Of a stretch of DNA of 64,000 nt, positions 51,307-60,050 are shown in pieces; within the stretch, counting starts at the first letter, position 1; each line of letters starts with the position of its first letter. The notes under the pieces were generated by a model that saw nothing but the letters and a program-made list of their open reading frames with translations, was not told where the DNA came from and searched no databases. Both the position numbers and the translations under genes were made by a program. The DNA is taken from assembly GCA_963828165.1 (NCBI GenBank), contig CAWHDR010000001.1, forward strand, positions 2,176,001 to 2,240,000, given 5' to 3'. Origin of the DNA: an uncultured Chloroflexia bacterium (GTDB lineage Bacteria; Chloroflexota; Limnocylindria; Limnocylindrales; CSP1-4).

Positions 51307-51670
51307 TCAGTCGCCGCCTCCACCACCGCCGCCCCCGCCATCACCACCACCGCCGAAGTCTCCGCCGCCCCAGCCACCTCCACCACCGTAGTCGCCGCCT
51401 CCATGACCACCCGACCAGTCGCCACCGATGCCGTGGCCGTCACCGCCGTAGCCGTCACCGCCGTCGCCGTCACCAGCCCCACCATCGCCGCCGGAACCCC
51501 CGCCGACGGCCGACGCGCCGAAGATCCCGAGCCAAACCGCGGACCCGCGCCAGCCCGACGGGCGCTCGCCGGCGTGGGCACGGGAAGCATCCCGACGTCC
51601 GGACGCGAGTGCCAGGATCAGCACCGCCAGGACCACGGCGATGATCGCGATCGTGACTCCGTCGACGCAT
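51307..51670 (-). CDS. Small membrane protein with Gly/Asp-rich tail; start uncertain (possible indel just after the ATG at 51670)
   Basis: VTIAIIAVVLAVLILALAS TM helix, then GGDGG repeats; ATG overlaps the DUF3830 stop but is one base out of frame. Confidence 0.6.
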
Positions 51671-52104
51671 CAGTCGCCCTCCTCGGTGATCCGGATCGCC
51701 TGGGCACCGTCCCAGAGACAGCGCCGGCCGACCTCGCGCAGCCGGTCCTGCCAGTCGTCGTCAGGGCTCGTCCCCACCACGGAGGCGAAGTGGTTCGCCG
51801 CCAGCGGCCCCACCTTGGACGCCGTCGAGCAGCCGCCATACGGGAAGAAGATCTCGCATTCGCTGATGCCGCCCGGGTAGATCGCGAGTTGCCCTGGTGC
51901 CGGGTGCGACGTGTGGTTCTCGTACTCAAGCCCCGGCCGGAAGTCCCCGAACGGGATCCACGTCGACTCGCCGGTCCAGCGGCAGTGGATCAGCCTGGAC
52001 TCGATGGGCAGCATCCGCCGGATGGCCTCGATGGTCTTGGGGGCCGCTGCCTCCCAACGGGCGCTAAAGTGGAGGTCGCCGACCTCGATCCGCAACGTTC
52101 CCAT
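51670..52104 (-). CDS. DUF3830 family protein
   Basis: APKT...LIHCRWTGESTWIP...ENHTSHPAPGQLAIYPGGISECEI...GPLAANHF...LWDGAQ. Confidence 0.88.
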   Translation of the reverse strand: MGTLRIEVGDLHFSARWEAAAPKTIEAIRRMLPIESRLIHCRWTGESTWIPFGDFRPGLEYENHTSHPAPGQLAIYPGGISECEIFFPYGGCSTASKVGPLAANHFASVVGTSPDDDWQDRLREVGRRCLWDGAQAIRITEEGD

Positions 52105-52123
52105 GTGCGGAGGATAGCGACCC

Positions 52124-52468
52124 GTGGCCAGCGCCGGACCCGCGAGACCCACCATCAGCACCCACGTCCTCGACACGGAACGTGGAGCGCCGGCGACCGG
52201 CGTCCACGTCACGCTCTACCGACTCGATGTCGCGAGCGCGCCGATCCGGATGACGCAGGCCCTGACCGATGCCGACGGACGCATCGGGGACCTGCTCGAT
52301 CGTCCGCTCCAGACGGGCGATTACCGGCTCGAGTTCGACATCGCCCACGAGGGCGGCTCGTTCTTCACGAAGCTTGCGGTCGACTTGCGTGTCACCGACG
52401 CCGAGCGCAGCTACCACGTCCCGCTGCTGCTCGCGCCGTTCTCGATGACCACGTACCGAGGCAGCTGA
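52124..52468 (+). CDS. uraH: 5-hydroxyisourate hydrolase
   Basis: ISTHVLD, TDADGR, YHVPLLLAPFSMTTYRGS. Confidence 0.95.
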   Translation: MASAGPARPTISTHVLDTERGAPATGVHVTLYRLDVASAPIRMTQALTDADGRIGDLLDRPLQTGDYRLEFDIAHEGGSFFTKLAVDLRVTDAERSYHVPLLLAPFSMTTYRGS

Positions 52469-52485
52469 GCCCGCCTCAACGACGA

Positions 52486-54477
52486 TCAGCGCAGGAAGGC
52501 GAACGCGTCGATGTCGATGCGCGGGCGTCGCGAGGTCGCGAGGTTGACGACCTTGACCGAGTGGGTCGCGGCCGTGTTCCACGAGATGTTGAACGCCACG
52601 ACGCGGGACTGATAGCTCGATCGATACGTGTCGATCGTCGACTTGTAGACCCCATCGACGTAGATCTTGGCCTTGCCGTTGAGCGGCCCGCGCCGCACGA
52701 CGATGGCCATCGCCCGCGCCGAGGTCGTGAACGTGACCGTGGAATTCGCCCGCGTCGAGCGATGCAAGCGTCCGCCGCTGGCGGTCGAGAGGCTCACGTT
52801 GGACCACGTGCCCGTATACCGGGCGGCCGCGGTGCTGTCCTGCGCCAGGTAGGCGGTCACGATCGGCCCGATGGCGCCTGCGCCGTAGGTGCCGGCGATG
52901 TCTCGCGCCAACAGCTGGAACCTGGTCTGGGCCCTGAACGCCATCGTTCGCTTGTAGGTTCGAGCGGTCAGCCCAGTCTGCAGGGTCGTCCACGTGCCGT
53001 TGAGGCTGCGTTTGATCGCGTAGTCCTTGACACCGCTCATGGCGTCGGTCGCGGCGGGCCACGTCATCGTCGTGCTGACGCTGGAGCCCACGATGGTGCC
53101 GATGTTGATCCCGTGCCGGTTGATCGGCAGGGCGACCGGACCGACCGTGTCGATCGAGCGCAAGGCGTTCACGAGCCGACCGGTCGCCGTCTTGCCGACG
53201 GTCGAAGCCAGCGGCTGACCGGTCGACAGCAACCGGGCTCGGAGGGCGACGGGCGTCGGCGTGCCGCTCAGGACGCTGAGAACGAGCGCCGCGACGCCAG
53301 ACACATGCGGCGCGGCCATCGAGGTGCCACCCGACGATCCATACCCTCCCGGTACGGTCGAGATGATGTTCTTCCCCGGTGCCGCGATGTCGACCGAGGT
53401 GCTGCCGTAGTTCGAGAACGAGGCGAGCCGGCCCGCCTGGTCAACGGCCGCGACAGTCACGATGTTCGCCTGCGGCGAGGCCGCTGGGTAGACGCGCACG
53501 CCACCGCCGTCCATGTTCGAGCCTTGATTGCCGGCCGCTGCGACGAGCAGCGTGTCACTGGCGGATGAGATCGCGGCTTCGAGCGGGAAGCTCCGCAGCC
53601 TTCCGCTCCACGATGCGTTGATGATCGGCACGCCGAACGATGCGGCGTAGTCGATCGCCGCGATGATCGCAAGATCGCCGTCGGCGCAAGAGCTTGCACC
53701 GGCGAACGTGCGCAGGGACATCACGCTGACCCCGGGTGCCACGCCGACGACGCCCTGGCCATTCAGGGATGCTGCGATCGTCCCCGCGACATGCGTTCCG
53801 TGCGAGTCCGAATCACCAGGCCCGACCGAGGCGTCGTCGTCACAGAAGTCCCAGCCGTTGATGTCGTCGACGTAGCCATTGCCGTCGTCGTCCTCGCCCG
53901 GCACCCCGTTGGCTTCCTCGGTGTTGATCCACGCTCGGTCCGTGAGATCCGGATGACTGAAATCGACGCCGTCGTCGATGACGGCGACCACGACGTTCGG
54001 GTCTCCTCGCTCGATGCGCAGGGCCTCGAGCGCGTCGATGTCGACATCCGCCGTGCCCCTGACGCCATCCACCGATTGGCCGCCGTTATGAAGACCCCAC
54101 AGCACGCCGAACCCAGGCTCGTCGGTGATGTCGTCATCCAGCTCGCGCCAGCTGTTGGATGAGACGGCCGCCACGTTCGGGTCGCCTGCCAGCTGGCGCC
54201 GGGCGGTCGAAGGTGAGCGACCGTCGGCAACGAGTGCCTCGGTGCGCCCGTTCCTGTTCTCGCGCACCTTGGTCAATCCGTGGGCGCGGGCAACCTCCCG
54301 GCGTTCCGCCTTGGTCGTGCCGGGTTCATAGCGGACGATCACCTGATCAGCGGCTTCGGGGCTGGGCGGTTCTGCGGCGGCCACCCCGGCCGGGAAGAGT
54401 GCCGTGATCACGGCGAAGCTCACCAGCAATGCCGATCGGCGCGCGGTGAGCCTGAGCGATGAGGGGGGAACGGGCAT
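52486..54477 (-). CDS. Secreted S8 subtilisin-like serine protease
   Basis: Signal peptide; AVIDDG, HGTHVAG, GTSMAAPHV; beta-rich C-terminus. Confidence 0.93.
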   Translation of the reverse strand: MPVPPSSLRLTARRSALLVSFAVITALFPAGVAAAEPPSPEAADQVIVRYEPGTTKAERREVARAHGLTKVRENRNGRTEALVADGRSPSTARRQLAGDPNVAAVSSNSWRELDDDITDEPGFGVLWGLHNGGQSVDGVRGTADVDIDALEALRIERGDPNVVVAVIDDGVDFSHPDLTDRAWINTEEANGVPGEDDDGNGYVDDINGWDFCDDDASVGPGDSDSHGTHVAGTIAASLNGQGVVGVAPGVSVMSLRTFAGASSCADGDLAIIAAIDYAASFGVPIINASWSGRLRSFPLEAAISSASDTLLVAAAGNQGSNMDGGGVRVYPAASPQANIVTVAAVDQAGRLASFSNYGSTSVDIAAPGKNIISTVPGGYGSSGGTSMAAPHVSGVAALVLSVLSGTPTPVALRARLLSTGQPLASTVGKTATGRLVNALRSIDTVGPVALPINRHGINIGTIVGSSVSTTMTWPAATDAMSGVKDYAIKRSLNGTWTTLQTGLTARTYKRTMAFRAQTRFQLLARDIAGTYGAGAIGPIVTAYLAQDSTAAARYTGTWSNVSLSTASGGRLHRSTRANSTVTFTTSARAMAIVVRRGPLNGKAKIYVDGVYKSTIDTYRSSYQSRVVAFNISWNTAATHSVKVVNLATSRRPRIDIDAFAFLR

Positions 54478-54552
54478 CGGGGACCATCCTACGCCACGCC
54501 GTTCGAGGGTCGTGACAGGCTAGATGTCACGGGAGGTCCGTACGTTGCTCCC

Positions 54553-55803
54553 ATGGAAGCCGTCGTCGTCCCGCTCCACTCCGCGGTCCGCCTGGAGGGC
54601 GATCGCATCATCGTCGAGCGCCTGTCCCTGTCGGACCCGACCCTCGCCGCGTTCCTGGGGGAGCGCCCGGCGGGGGATCGGGGTCCGCTCGTGGAGCGTG
54701 CGCTGCGTATCGGGCTGATCGCGCTGCAGGACGCCGGGGTCACGGTCAACGTCGATGCGGTCCGCTCGGAGTTCGATCGGATGGTCCGCCAGGCCGAGCA
54801 GGTCAACGAACGTGCTGCCGCGGCGCTCGAGCAGACGTTGCGTGCCAATTTCGCGGACGGCGACGGACGACTGCCGCGCACGCTGGAGAAGTTCCTCGGG
54901 GATCGCGGCGCGCTGCGGTCCATGGTGGACGAGCTGTTCGACGAGACCAAGCGGGACAGCGCGATCGGCCGGATCGGGGGGATGCTGGAGCGCTATTTCG
55001 ATGGCGACGCGTCCAAGCTCGCCCACCTCCTCGATCCGACGCGGCTGAACTCGCCCATGCACCAGTTCCGCCAGGAGATCGCGGCCGGGTTCAAGGGGCT
55101 GGAAGAGCGCCTGATCGCGATCGAGGCTGCGGCCGCCGCCCGGGGAGCCGAGCGGGCCAAGTCCGCGGCCAAGGGCGCGGACTTCGAGGAGCTGCTCGGG
55201 ACGATGCTGGGTGAGATCGCTCGGGGCGCCGGGGACCTGCTCGATCGGACGGGGTTCGAGACGGGCTCCACGATCAAGTCGAAGCGGGGCGATTTCGTGC
55301 TGACCGTGGACGCGCGGGTCGCGCGCGGGTGCGACCTCAAGGTCGTCATCGAGGCCAAGGACCGCCCCATGTCCATGCGAGCCATGCGCGACGAGCTGCG
55401 CGAGGCTCGCGAGAACCGGGGAGCCGCAGTCGGCGTGGCGGTCTTCTCGGCCGCCCACGCCCCGACCGGGATCGCGCCCTTCACCGTCGTGGGTGGGGAC
55501 GTGTACTGCGTGATCGATCCCGAGGCCCCGGAGACAGCAACGCTCGAGGCGGCCATCCGGCTCGCACGGCTCCTCGGCCTGGCGTCCCTCGTGGAGCGCG
55601 AGGTGGACGTGGATGCCGCGGCCATCGGGACCGCGCTGACGGCGATCCGCGAACAGCTCGAGGTGGTGCGTCAGCTCAAGTCGCAGTTGACCTCCATCTC
55701 GAATGCGACCAAGGCGGTCTGGAGCGGCCTGGACACCATGTGCTCGAACATCCTGGCGCGAGTCAAGGAAGCCGAGTCGGAGATCCGCGCCTCCGCCGAG
55801 TAG
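54553..55803 (+). CDS. Coiled-coil protein with PD-(D/E)XK motif (RmuC/DUF2130-like architecture)
   Basis: Helical N- and C-terminal parts; KGADFEE...RGDFV...VVIEAKD. Confidence 0.7.
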   Translation: MEAVVVPLHSAVRLEGDRIIVERLSLSDPTLAAFLGERPAGDRGPLVERALRIGLIALQDAGVTVNVDAVRSEFDRMVRQAEQVNERAAAALEQTLRANFADGDGRLPRTLEKFLGDRGALRSMVDELFDETKRDSAIGRIGGMLERYFDGDASKLAHLLDPTRLNSPMHQFRQEIAAGFKGLEERLIAIEAAAAARGAERAKSAAKGADFEELLGTMLGEIARGAGDLLDRTGFETGSTIKSKRGDFVLTVDARVARGCDLKVVIEAKDRPMSMRAMRDELREARENRGAAVGVAVFSAAHAPTGIAPFTVVGGDVYCVIDPEAPETATLEAAIRLARLLGLASLVEREVDVDAAAIGTALTAIREQLEVVRQLKSQLTSISNATKAVWSGLDTMCSNILARVKEAESEIRASAE

Positions 55804-55835
55804 CCGGTTCGCGCACACCCTCGCATCGGCCTCGT

Positions 55836-56113
55836 GGCCGGAACTCGCCTCGGGCCGCGAGCTGGGACACGCGTCGCTGCTCGGATCCGGCCGGAACTCG
55901 CCTCGGGCCTGGGATCCTGGGCACGCGTCGCCGCTCGGATCCGGCCGATCCTCCTGCCCTCGGGCCGCGATCTGGGACACGCGTCGCCGCTCGGATCCGG
56001 CCGGAACTCGCCTCGGGCCTGGGATCCTGGGCACGCGTCGCCGCTCGGATCCGGCCGGAACTCGCCTCGGGCCTGGGATCCTGGGCACGCGTCGCCGGAT
56101 CCGGCTGGAACTC
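55836..56113. repeat. Minisatellite, five units of 50-56 bp plus a partial sixth
   Basis: Units start at 55836, 55889, 55943, 55999, 56053; consensus GGCCGGAACTCGCCTCGGGCCTGGGATCCTGGGCACGCGTCGCCGCTCGGATCC. Confidence 0.93.
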
Positions 56114-56298
56114 CGCCAAATGTGCTCCCACCGGAACGTAAGGCGGTCATCACGCTCGGGATTCGAGCTCCATTCGTTCACGATCGGCGCCGTCACGCAC
56201 GAACCCAGCCTCATGAACGTTCACGAGAGGCCCGAAAACCGGGTTTCGAGGGTCGTGAGACCGCCGTACGTTCCCCACGGAATACATTTGGCGGAGTT
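56109..56298. repeat. 190-bp imperfect inverted-repeat element (MITE/REP-like)
   Basis: Left arm AACTCCGCCAAATGTGCTCCCACCGGAACGTAAGGCGGTCATCACG versus reverse complement of right arm AACTCCGCCAAATGTATTCCGTGGGGAACGTACGGCGGTCTCACG. Confidence 0.85.
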
Positions 56299-56527
56299 GT
56301 GGCAACGGAGTGTGGCACTCGCCCACGCGTGCGGACTCTGCCCGGCCCCTCGACCGCGGTCGCTGGTCAATTCGGGTCTGGTGTGGTTAGGACCCGTCGC
56401 CTATCGGCCACCATGACCACCGGGTGGCTGGGCGGGGCTGGACAGGGCGACGATGATTGCCGTTGAGTCCAGCGCACGTCACTGCGATCTGCCGGCTCCT
56501 CCGTAAGCCCCCAGAGCCGGAGATCCC

Positions 56528-58885
56528 ATGCGTCGTCCCCTCGCCTCGCTGCCGCTTTCGCTGCTCCTGAGCCTGGCGATGGTCATCCCGACGATCGCCG
56601 CGGACCCCTCGCCGAGCGCCGAATCGTCCCTCGAGCCCAGCGCGCCACCGGCGACGGAGCCGAACCCGAGCTCCGAACCGACGCCGAGTGCCGAGCCGAC
56701 GCCGGCGACGGATCCGGCAACACCGCCGCCGAGCCCCGAGCCCCTCGCGACGGCCGACCCGGCGACACCCCCGCCGACCGAGCTGTCCGAACCCGCCACT
56801 GATCCCGCCCCCGCGGCGAACTCCGAAGCCAAGACCCCGACCATCCCCGCCGCCGGCGAGCCAGCCACCGACGCGAAGGGCCGCCCGATCGCGACCGGTC
56901 GCTACATCGTCCTTCTCGATCCGACGGCCGATACCGCGGCCGTGATCACCCGCCACGGGAAGCGCGACGGCATCAGGGCCGATCGCCGCTTCGAGCGTGC
57001 CGTTCGTGCCTTCTCGGCGAAGCTCGATGCCGGCCAGCGAAAGGCGCTCCAGTCGGACCCCAGCGTCGTGGCCGTCGTCCCCGACGAGGTCATCGGGATC
57101 ACCGCCCAGACCACACCGACCGGCGTCTCGCGGGTCGGCGCCCGCCTCTCGGCAACCGCGAACATCGATAACGTCGACGAGCGGGTGACCTCGGACGTCG
57201 CCATCGTCGACACGGGCGTTGCCCTGCACCCGGACCTGAACGTCGTCGGTGGCGTGAACTGCTCGACCAGCGATCGATCCGCATGGCAGGACCAGAACGG
57301 TCATGGCACGCACGTGGCGGGCACGGTCGCGGCCATCGACAACACCACCGGTGTCGTCGGCGTGGCACCCGGCGCCCGTATCTGGGCGGTCCGGATCCTG
57401 AACGCCGACGGATACGGGCTGCTTTCCTGGTACGTGTGCGGGCTCGACTGGATCCTCGCCCAGCGCGATCCGCTCGATGCCAGCCTGCCCAGGATCGAGG
57501 CGGTCAACATGAGCGTCGCCAAGACCGGCAGCGATGACCACAACTGCGGCCTCACCAACAAGGACGTCCTGCACCAGGCGATCTGCCGTCTGTACAAGGG
57601 TGGCATCACGGTGGTCGCCGCGGCTGCGAATGAGAGCGGGAGCGCTGCTGGCTACGTCCCCGCGGCCTACAACGAGGTCATCACGGTCTCGGCCCTCGCG
57701 GACACCGATGGCAAGTCCGGTGGCCTGGGCGGGAACCGCTGCTTCTCATGGGGCACGTACGACGTGGACGACACGTTCGCCGACTTCAGCAACTTCGGCT
57801 CGGATATCGACATCATCGCTCCGGGCAAATGTATCTGGTCGACCATTCGCGGACCCAGCTATGGGTACTCGTCCGGGACGTCCATGGCGGCCCCGGCCGT
57901 CACTGGCGCGGTCGCGCTGTACAAGGCCAGCCGCCCGCGAGCGACGCCGAGCGAAGTGCGGGCTTCACTCCGCTACCTCGGCAACCTCGCCTGGAAGACC
58001 TCGACCGATCCGGATAGCTTCCACGAGCCGCTGCTCGACGTGCACCGCGTGGCCGCCCTCGGGTCATTCAGCGTCGCCGCGCCGACTCCGGCGTTCGCCG
58101 CCCCACTGACCGGGGCCACGATCGCCGTCCCGGTGACGGTCAATCGCAGCTCGAGCTTCTTCGAACGCGTGAAACTGAGCTTCCGCGACGTGCCGGCCGG
58201 CTGGTCCACGACGTTGGCAGCGACGAGCCTGTTCGGGTGGACGGCCAAGAGCACCACGGCCACGATCAAGGTGCCATCGACGGCCAGGGCCGGCACCTAC
58301 AAGATCAAGATCGTCGGCACGAACTGGGGCCGCACGCGCTCATCGACGATCACGGTCCAGGTTGGTGCCATGCCGTTCACCGACGTGAACGACTTCGATG
58401 TCCAGATCGAGTGGCTGTACCAGTCAGGGATCACCGGTGGCTGCTCGCCGACCCTCTTCTGCCCCAAGGGCAAGGTCACGCGCGCCCAGATGGCGATGTT
58501 CCTGGACCGCGCCCTGGACCTGCCGGCGGCGACGGTCGACTACTTCGACGACGACGACGGCAAGACCGGCGAAGGCAGCATCAACGCCCTGGCCAGGGCC
58601 AAGATCACGGGCGGCTGCGGGCCGCGCCGCTTCTGCCCGGCGGCCTCGGTCACGCGCGCCCAGATGGCGATGTTCCTGGACCGCGCCCTGGCCCTGCCCA
58701 ACGCCACGACCGACTACTTCGACGACGACGACGGCCGGACCGGCGAAGGCAGCATCAACGCCTTGGCCCTGTCCAAGATCACCGGTGGCTGCGGCGACCG
58801 TCGCTACTGCCCGACGAGCTCGGTCACGCGCGAGCAGATGGCCGCCTTCCTGTACCGCGCCCACCTGCAGGGCCGCCTCGACTGA
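56528..58885 (+). CDS. Secreted S8 protease with I9-like propeptide and three SLH domains
   Basis: Signal peptide, Pro/Thr linker, AIVDTG, HGTHVAG, GTSMAAP, three GITGGC...FCP...VTR(A/E)QMA repeats. Confidence 0.93.
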   Translation: MRRPLASLPLSLLLSLAMVIPTIAADPSPSAESSLEPSAPPATEPNPSSEPTPSAEPTPATDPATPPPSPEPLATADPATPPPTELSEPATDPAPAANSEAKTPTIPAAGEPATDAKGRPIATGRYIVLLDPTADTAAVITRHGKRDGIRADRRFERAVRAFSAKLDAGQRKALQSDPSVVAVVPDEVIGITAQTTPTGVSRVGARLSATANIDNVDERVTSDVAIVDTGVALHPDLNVVGGVNCSTSDRSAWQDQNGHGTHVAGTVAAIDNTTGVVGVAPGARIWAVRILNADGYGLLSWYVCGLDWILAQRDPLDASLPRIEAVNMSVAKTGSDDHNCGLTNKDVLHQAICRLYKGGITVVAAAANESGSAAGYVPAAYNEVITVSALADTDGKSGGLGGNRCFSWGTYDVDDTFADFSNFGSDIDIIAPGKCIWSTIRGPSYGYSSGTSMAAPAVTGAVALYKASRPRATPSEVRASLRYLGNLAWKTSTDPDSFHEPLLDVHRVAALGSFSVAAPTPAFAAPLTGATIAVPVTVNRSSSFFERVKLSFRDVPAGWSTTLAATSLFGWTAKSTTATIKVPSTARAGTYKIKIVGTNWGRTRSSTITVQVGAMPFTDVNDFDVQIEWLYQSGITGGCSPTLFCPKGKVTRAQMAMFLDRALDLPAATVDYFDDDDGKTGEGSINALARAKITGGCGPRRFCPAASVTRAQMAMFLDRALALPNATTDYFDDDDGRTGEGSINALALSKITGGCGDRRYCPTSSVTREQMAAFLYRAHLQGRLD

Positions 58886-59058
58886 GGAGCGCGCCGCCGC
58901 ACGCGCAGGGCATGGCGACAGGTGCGGTTGATGCCGGCGTGATCCTTCCCTGACCGTCTGAAACCTGTGCGTTTGCCCGAGTGCGCTATCGTGACCGTCC
59001 CGACAACCCAGGGCCGGGTCCTCCGGTGGTGCGCGGGACACTAGGCGAGGTCGATACC

Positions 59059-60027
59059 GTGGCACGAGCGATGTGGAAGGGGGCCATCCAGTTCGGCCTG
59101 GTCACCATCCCGATCAAGCTCTATCTGGCGACCGAGTCGAAGGGCATCTCCTTCAACATGCTCCACAAGGACGACCTGTCGCGCATCCAGATGAAGATCT
59201 TCTGCCCGGTCGAAGACGAGGTCATCTCGCGCGGTGACACCGTCAAAGGCTACGAGTATTCCCCGGGCGAGTACGTGGTCGTCACGGACGAAGACCTCGA
59301 GAAGGTCCCGCTCAAGACCGTTCGCTCCATCGAGATCGAGCAGTTCACGAAGGCCGAGAAGGACGGAGCCGCCGTCAAGTTCGTCAAGAGCGCGTACTAC
59401 GTGGAGCCCGACAAGGTCGGTCGCAAGGCGTTCTACCTCCTGAAGTCCGTCCTCGAGGACGAGGGGCTCACGGCCATCTGCAAGGTCGTCATCAAGGATC
59501 GCGAGGCCCTCTCGGCGCTCGATCCGTTCGGCGAGACGATGCTGCTGACCACGCTCCATTGGCCGGACGAGATCCGTTCGATCAAGGAGCTCGACCTGCC
59601 CGAAGAGGACTTCGACTTCAAGCCAGCCGAGAAGGCGATGGCCAAGCAGCTCGTGTCGGCGATGACCGGCGAGTTCGATCCGGCCCAGTACAAGGACGAG
59701 TACCGCCAGGCACTCGAGAACGTGATCCAGGCAAAGGTCGAGGGCAAGGAGACGGTCGAGATCGAGCAGCCCGAGGAGAGCGGCAAGCTCATCGACCTGA
59801 TGGCTGCGCTCGAGGCGTCGGTGAAATCCGCCAAGGACGCCCGAGCCGCGGGCTCGAAGGAGCCGGTGTCCGTCGCGGACGTGCGCGAGGCGAAGGCGAA
59901 GACCGCCAAGGCCGCGTCCGCCAAGGCCAAGGCCGAGAAGCCTGCGGCCCGCACGAGGGCCAAGGTCAAGGCCGACGAGGACGAAGACGCCCGAGCCAAG
60001 CCGGCACGCAAGCGCAAGTCGGCCTAG
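59059..60027 (+). CDS. ku: NHEJ DNA end-binding protein Ku
   Basis: MARAMWKGAIQFGLVTIPIKLY, VKGYE, YKDEYR, IDLMAALEAS, Lys/Ala-rich tail. Confidence 0.96.
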   Translation: MARAMWKGAIQFGLVTIPIKLYLATESKGISFNMLHKDDLSRIQMKIFCPVEDEVISRGDTVKGYEYSPGEYVVVTDEDLEKVPLKTVRSIEIEQFTKAEKDGAAVKFVKSAYYVEPDKVGRKAFYLLKSVLEDEGLTAICKVVIKDREALSALDPFGETMLLTTLHWPDEIRSIKELDLPEEDFDFKPAEKAMAKQLVSAMTGEFDPAQYKDEYRQALENVIQAKVEGKETVEIEQPEESGKLIDLMAALEASVKSAKDARAAGSKEPVSVADVREAKAKTAKAASAKAKAEKPAARTRAKVKADEDEDARAKPARKRKSA

Positions 60028-60050
60028 GGCCGGTCGCGGCACCAGGCGGC

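Noticed and set aside
55836-56113. CRISPR array
   Set aside because: Units are near-identical along their length with no unique spacers, and no cas genes are in the window.
56109-56298. Integron attC site
   Set aside because: Ends are AAC and GTT, but the flanks do not fit RYYYAAC/GTTRRRY, and there is no integrase or cassette array.
58430-58850. Near-identical internal DNA repeats of about 170 bp
   Set aside because: Explained by the three SLH domains of the S8 protease.
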